Assembly: GCA_002840895.1 (NCBI GenBank)
Contig: PHCZ01000002.1
Coordinates: 250,231 to 314,230 of the forward strand
Reading direction: 5' to 3'
From: Bacteroidetes bacterium HGW-Bacteroidetes-8
GTDB taxonomy: Bacteria > Bacteroidota > Bacteroidia > Bacteroidales > UBA932
DNA length: 64,000 nucleotides
Below, piece by piece: positions 61,162 through 64,000 of this stretch (its first letter is position 1; each line of letters begins with the position of its first letter). A model generated the notes under the pieces. It was not told the origin of the DNA and made no database searches. It worked only from the letters and a program-made list of their open reading frames with translations. A program made the translations under genes and the position numbers.

Positions 61162-62217
61162 ATGAAGAAGAGCACAATTATCAAATATATAAAAGGTGAC
61201 GTTAGTGAGAGAGAACGAATCTCTGTACTTAAATGGGCATCAAGGAATAAAGCAAATGAACTCTATATTGCCCGGCTCAAGAATATTTATATATCTCAGA
61301 GTTTACCTCAGGAAGAGGCTTCTGAGGAGGAGCTAAACAAAATCTTTGAGTTAATTAATAAATCAGATTCCTTGAAAAAAGAGGTTAGGGAGAACAATTA
61401 TCTCGTATTAAGCAAAATAGCAGTATGGAGAGCAGCATCCGTAATTCTTTTATTAATTGTAAGTGCTCTCTACTTCCTTAACCAAACCAGGAAAGAGTAT
61501 AATCCTTTGGCCGAAAATTCGATTAAAGCAATTGCATATAAAAATTTTGCCACTTCAAAAGTACTCTATACGCCAAAAGGGGTTAAAGCGCATCTAATCC
61601 TTCCCGACAGCTCTCAGGTCTGGCTAAATTCAGATACCAGAATTGAGTATCCGGATACATTTGACCTATCTGTCAGGAATGTTACCATCTCGGGAGAAGC
61701 CTACTTTAGTGTAATTAAAAATCCGCAACGCCCGATGGTTGTTAAAACAAAGAAAGGATTTTCGATTGAGGTTTTGGGTACAGAGTTCAATTTAAAGGCT
61801 TATGAAGATGACAAAAAGGCTCAAGCAACACTTTACAGCGGGGAGATAAACCTTTTGAGAGAGAAAGATAATAAAATTATCAGCACAAAAATTGAGCCCA
61901 ATCAAACAATTATAATAAACTCTGAGTTTAGCGGAATTAATGTATCAAAAATAATTAAAGAGACACCTGCCGACGAATCTGCCTGGAAAGAGGGTAAAAT
62001 AATATTTGACTACACCCCGGTTTCAGAACTGATAAAAACTCTTGAAAGATGGCACGGAGTTGAGTTTATTGTCAAAGACCAGGAGATACTTAATTACAGA
62101 ATTACGGCAACATTTAATTCCGAATCAATAGTTCAGATAATGGATTTGATCCAGCTGACTTCTCTTATAAAGTATGAGGTTCAGAACAGAAAAGTTATTC
62201 TACGAAAAAAATATTAG
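61162..62217 (+). CDS. FecR-family anti-sigma factor
   Basis: Single TM; LPDSSQVWLNSDT, SGEAYFSV, VLGTEFNL, WKEG. Confidence 0.92.
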   Translation: MKKSTIIKYIKGDVSERERISVLKWASRNKANELYIARLKNIYISQSLPQEEASEEELNKIFELINKSDSLKKEVRENNYLVLSKIAVWRAASVILLLIVSALYFLNQTRKEYNPLAENSIKAIAYKNFATSKVLYTPKGVKAHLILPDSSQVWLNSDTRIEYPDTFDLSVRNVTISGEAYFSVIKNPQRPMVVKTKKGFSIEVLGTEFNLKAYEDDKKAQATLYSGEINLLREKDNKIISTKIEPNQTIIINSEFSGINVSKIIKETPADESAWKEGKIIFDYTPVSELIKTLERWHGVEFIVKDQEILNYRITATFNSESIVQIMDLIQLTSLIKYEVQNRKVILRKKY

Positions 62218-62239
62218 GGATAATGTTTTTTGGGGTTCT
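62215..62239 (+). promoter_or_regulatory. Putative ECF promoter, copy 2 (TAGGGA-N14-GTTCT), -35 overlapping the fecR stop codon
   Basis: 30 nt upstream of susC ATG 62270; matches the copy at 60532. Confidence 0.6.
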
Positions 62240-62269
62240 TTCACTATTGTATAACCAAAGAACATAATT

Positions 62270-64000
62270 ATGAATTTACTCAGAAAAAAACTTTATCAGA
62301 GGCTTTTGCCTTTAATTCTGATGTGTTTTGTGTCAAACCTATCGGTTAATGCACAAAATATTAGCATCAATTTCAAGGATACTCCCATAAAAAGTATTCT
62401 TAAAGAGATTACCCGACAAAGCGGGTACACATTTGTATATTCCGACTTACTAAAAGAGGTTGAGAATAAAATTTCAATCAATTACAAAAGAAAAGATGAA
62501 GGTATAGAACCTCTTCTTAAACAAATTTTTTCAGGAACAAAAGTTTCCTGGACTGTTATAGGGAAGCAGATTGCACTTGTTAGCGGCTTTAAGGAAGAGA
62601 GCAAGAGTCCTGGCGTATTCCTTCTAAAAGGTATTGTTAGGGATGACCTGAATGATCCTGTCCCGGGTGTTACAATCCATAACAGGTCTAACGGAAAAGT
62701 TACAACTTCAGGAACTGATGGTTCATATAATATTGAGGCAAAAGAGGGAGATCAGATTCTTTTTGCTTTTATGGGAATGACAGACTATATTCTTCCAGTT
62801 GGGAAAAGCAACTTAGCCAACATCTTATTAAAACCTGATATAATTGAGCTGAAAGATGTGGTTGTAACCGGTTATCAGACCATATCCAAAGAGAGAGCAC
62901 CCGGTTCATTTAGCACGGTTGGTGCCGAACTACTGAATAAACCATCTACTTCGCTGGAACAAAGCATAATAGGCAATGTGTCCGGAATTCAGTTGGTAAA
63001 TAAGGCATACAGAGGCAGAGATGAGGGTTTTATAATTCGTGGGTTAACTTCTCTAGGTGCAAACTCAAATCCACTTATAATTGTTGATGGATTTGCTATT
63101 GAGGGATCTATCTCTTCAATCAACCCAAACGACATTGCTTCAATTACTGTGCTTAAGGATGCATCTGCTGCCTCTATTTGGGGAGCCAGATCGGCAAATG
63201 GCGTTATCGTTGTAACAACTAAAAATCCTCACAAGGGAAAACAAAGTAAGGTTAATGTCGAGCTTAATGCTTTTGTGAAATTTTCGGGGAAGATGGATAT
63301 GGACTATGCCAATCCTCTTGCATCAAGTGCAGAGACTATTGAGTATGAAAAGATGGGATTTGAATCAAATTTTTTTAAACTCGGATCTCCTATAGGAAAC
63401 AACTACTCAAGTTCCCTTTATTACAGTTATGCAAGAATGTACTCTCAGGCTGTTGTTGCGATGAACGAGAATCGTCTTGGATTATTAAGCGGGGACCTGA
63501 ATACAGAACTACAAAGATTATCATCGCTGGACAACAGGGATCAGATAAACAAATATTTATTAAACTCCCCTGTAACACAACAATATAACCTGTCAATTTC
63601 AGGAGGGAACGAGAAGCTTACAAACATTCTTACCATAATGTATGACAAGAATATTGACGACTTTAAAGGGAATGACAGACAGAGGTATACTTTTAATTAC
63701 AGGACCAAAATCGATCTATTCAATTGGCTGGAACTTAGCGTAGGTTCAATGTACCAGTATAATAAAAGCAATAACAATGGACTTACCCTTGCCGAAATCG
63801 CACTGATGTCTCCATACGATATGCTTCTTGATGATGAAGGCAAATACCTTAGTGTCCAGAAAGACCTTTATCTCCCTATTATTAACCGTTATATCACTCA
63901 AAAAAGCGTTAAATTCCCGTACAACGACTGGTCATATAATCCACTACAGGAGATGAGAGGGCGTAATATTTCAACTATTTCAAGCTATGGAAGAGTTCAG
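62270..64000 (+). CDS. SusC/RagA TonB-dependent transporter with STN domain, 3' end outside window
   Basis: Not in the ORF track. In frame from ATG 62270: ITRQSGYTFVY, DVVVTGYQTISKERAPGSF, NPLIIVDGF, KDASAASIWGARSANGVIVVTTK. Confidence 0.92.
   Translation, partial: MNLLRKKLYQRLLPLILMCFVSNLSVNAQNISINFKDTPIKSILKEITRQSGYTFVYSDLLKEVENKISINYKRKDEGIEPLLKQIFSGTKVSWTVIGKQIALVSGFKEESKSPGVFLLKGIVRDDLNDPVPGVTIHNRSNGKVTTSGTDGSYNIEAKEGDQILFAFMGMTDYILPVGKSNLANILLKPDIIELKDVVVTGYQTISKERAPGSFSTVGAELLNKPSTSLEQSIIGNVSGIQLVNKAYRGRDEGFIIRGLTSLGANSNPLIIVDGFAIEGSISSINPNDIASITVLKDASAASIWGARSANGVIVVTTKNPHKGKQSKVNVELNAFVKFSGKMDMDYANPLASSAETIEYEKMGFESNFFKLGSPIGNNYSSSLYYSYARMYSQAVVAMNENRLGLLSGDLNTELQRLSSLDNRDQINKYLLNSPVTQQYNLSISGGNEKLTNILTIMYDKNIDDFKGNDRQRYTFNYRTKIDLFNWLELSVGSMYQYNKSNNNGLTLAEIALMSPYDMLLDDEGKYLSVQKDLYLPIINRYITQKSVKFPYNDWSYNPLQEMRGRNISTISSYGRVQ

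Overview
AT-rich 64 kb segment of a Bacteroidota (most likely Bacteroidales) chromosome, judged from SusC/SusD pairs, FecR-type ECF sigma/anti-sigma pairs and TAnnTTTG promoters. It holds three ECF sigma-FecR-SusC(D) uptake loci, none with a recognisable glycoside hydrolase: one ends in an Ntn (C45-like) amidohydrolase, one in DUF4843/PKD/TlpA, and one is cut by the window edge. There are two long minus-strand accessory arrays (9.8-23.3 kb and 41.3-51.6 kb). Other genes include corA, a LytS/LytTR pair with a divergent exported hydrolase, katG, a CheB-CheR-PAS histidine kinase between two receiver proteins, pirin, a PiT transporter and a TetR-TolC-MFP-RND efflux operon. I saw no tRNA, rRNA, CRISPR array, integrase or transposase. 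The best candidate for an uncharacterised system is the operon at 41.3-46.3 kb: DUF2141, an NTF2/SnoaL protein, an 855-aa SDR::phytoene-desaturase/RetSat-like FAD oxidoreductase fusion, and a DUF2867 SDR. Reading the DNA directly also showed four gene relics (ygiD-like dioxygenase, SAM methyltransferase, YoaP-like protein, and a 17-codon DUF2200 stump), a 23-bp-periodic AGTTGGC repeat array in a divergent promoter, and a duplicated TAGGGA-N14-GTTCT ECF-like promoter. Family calls come from motif recognition only; no database search was run.
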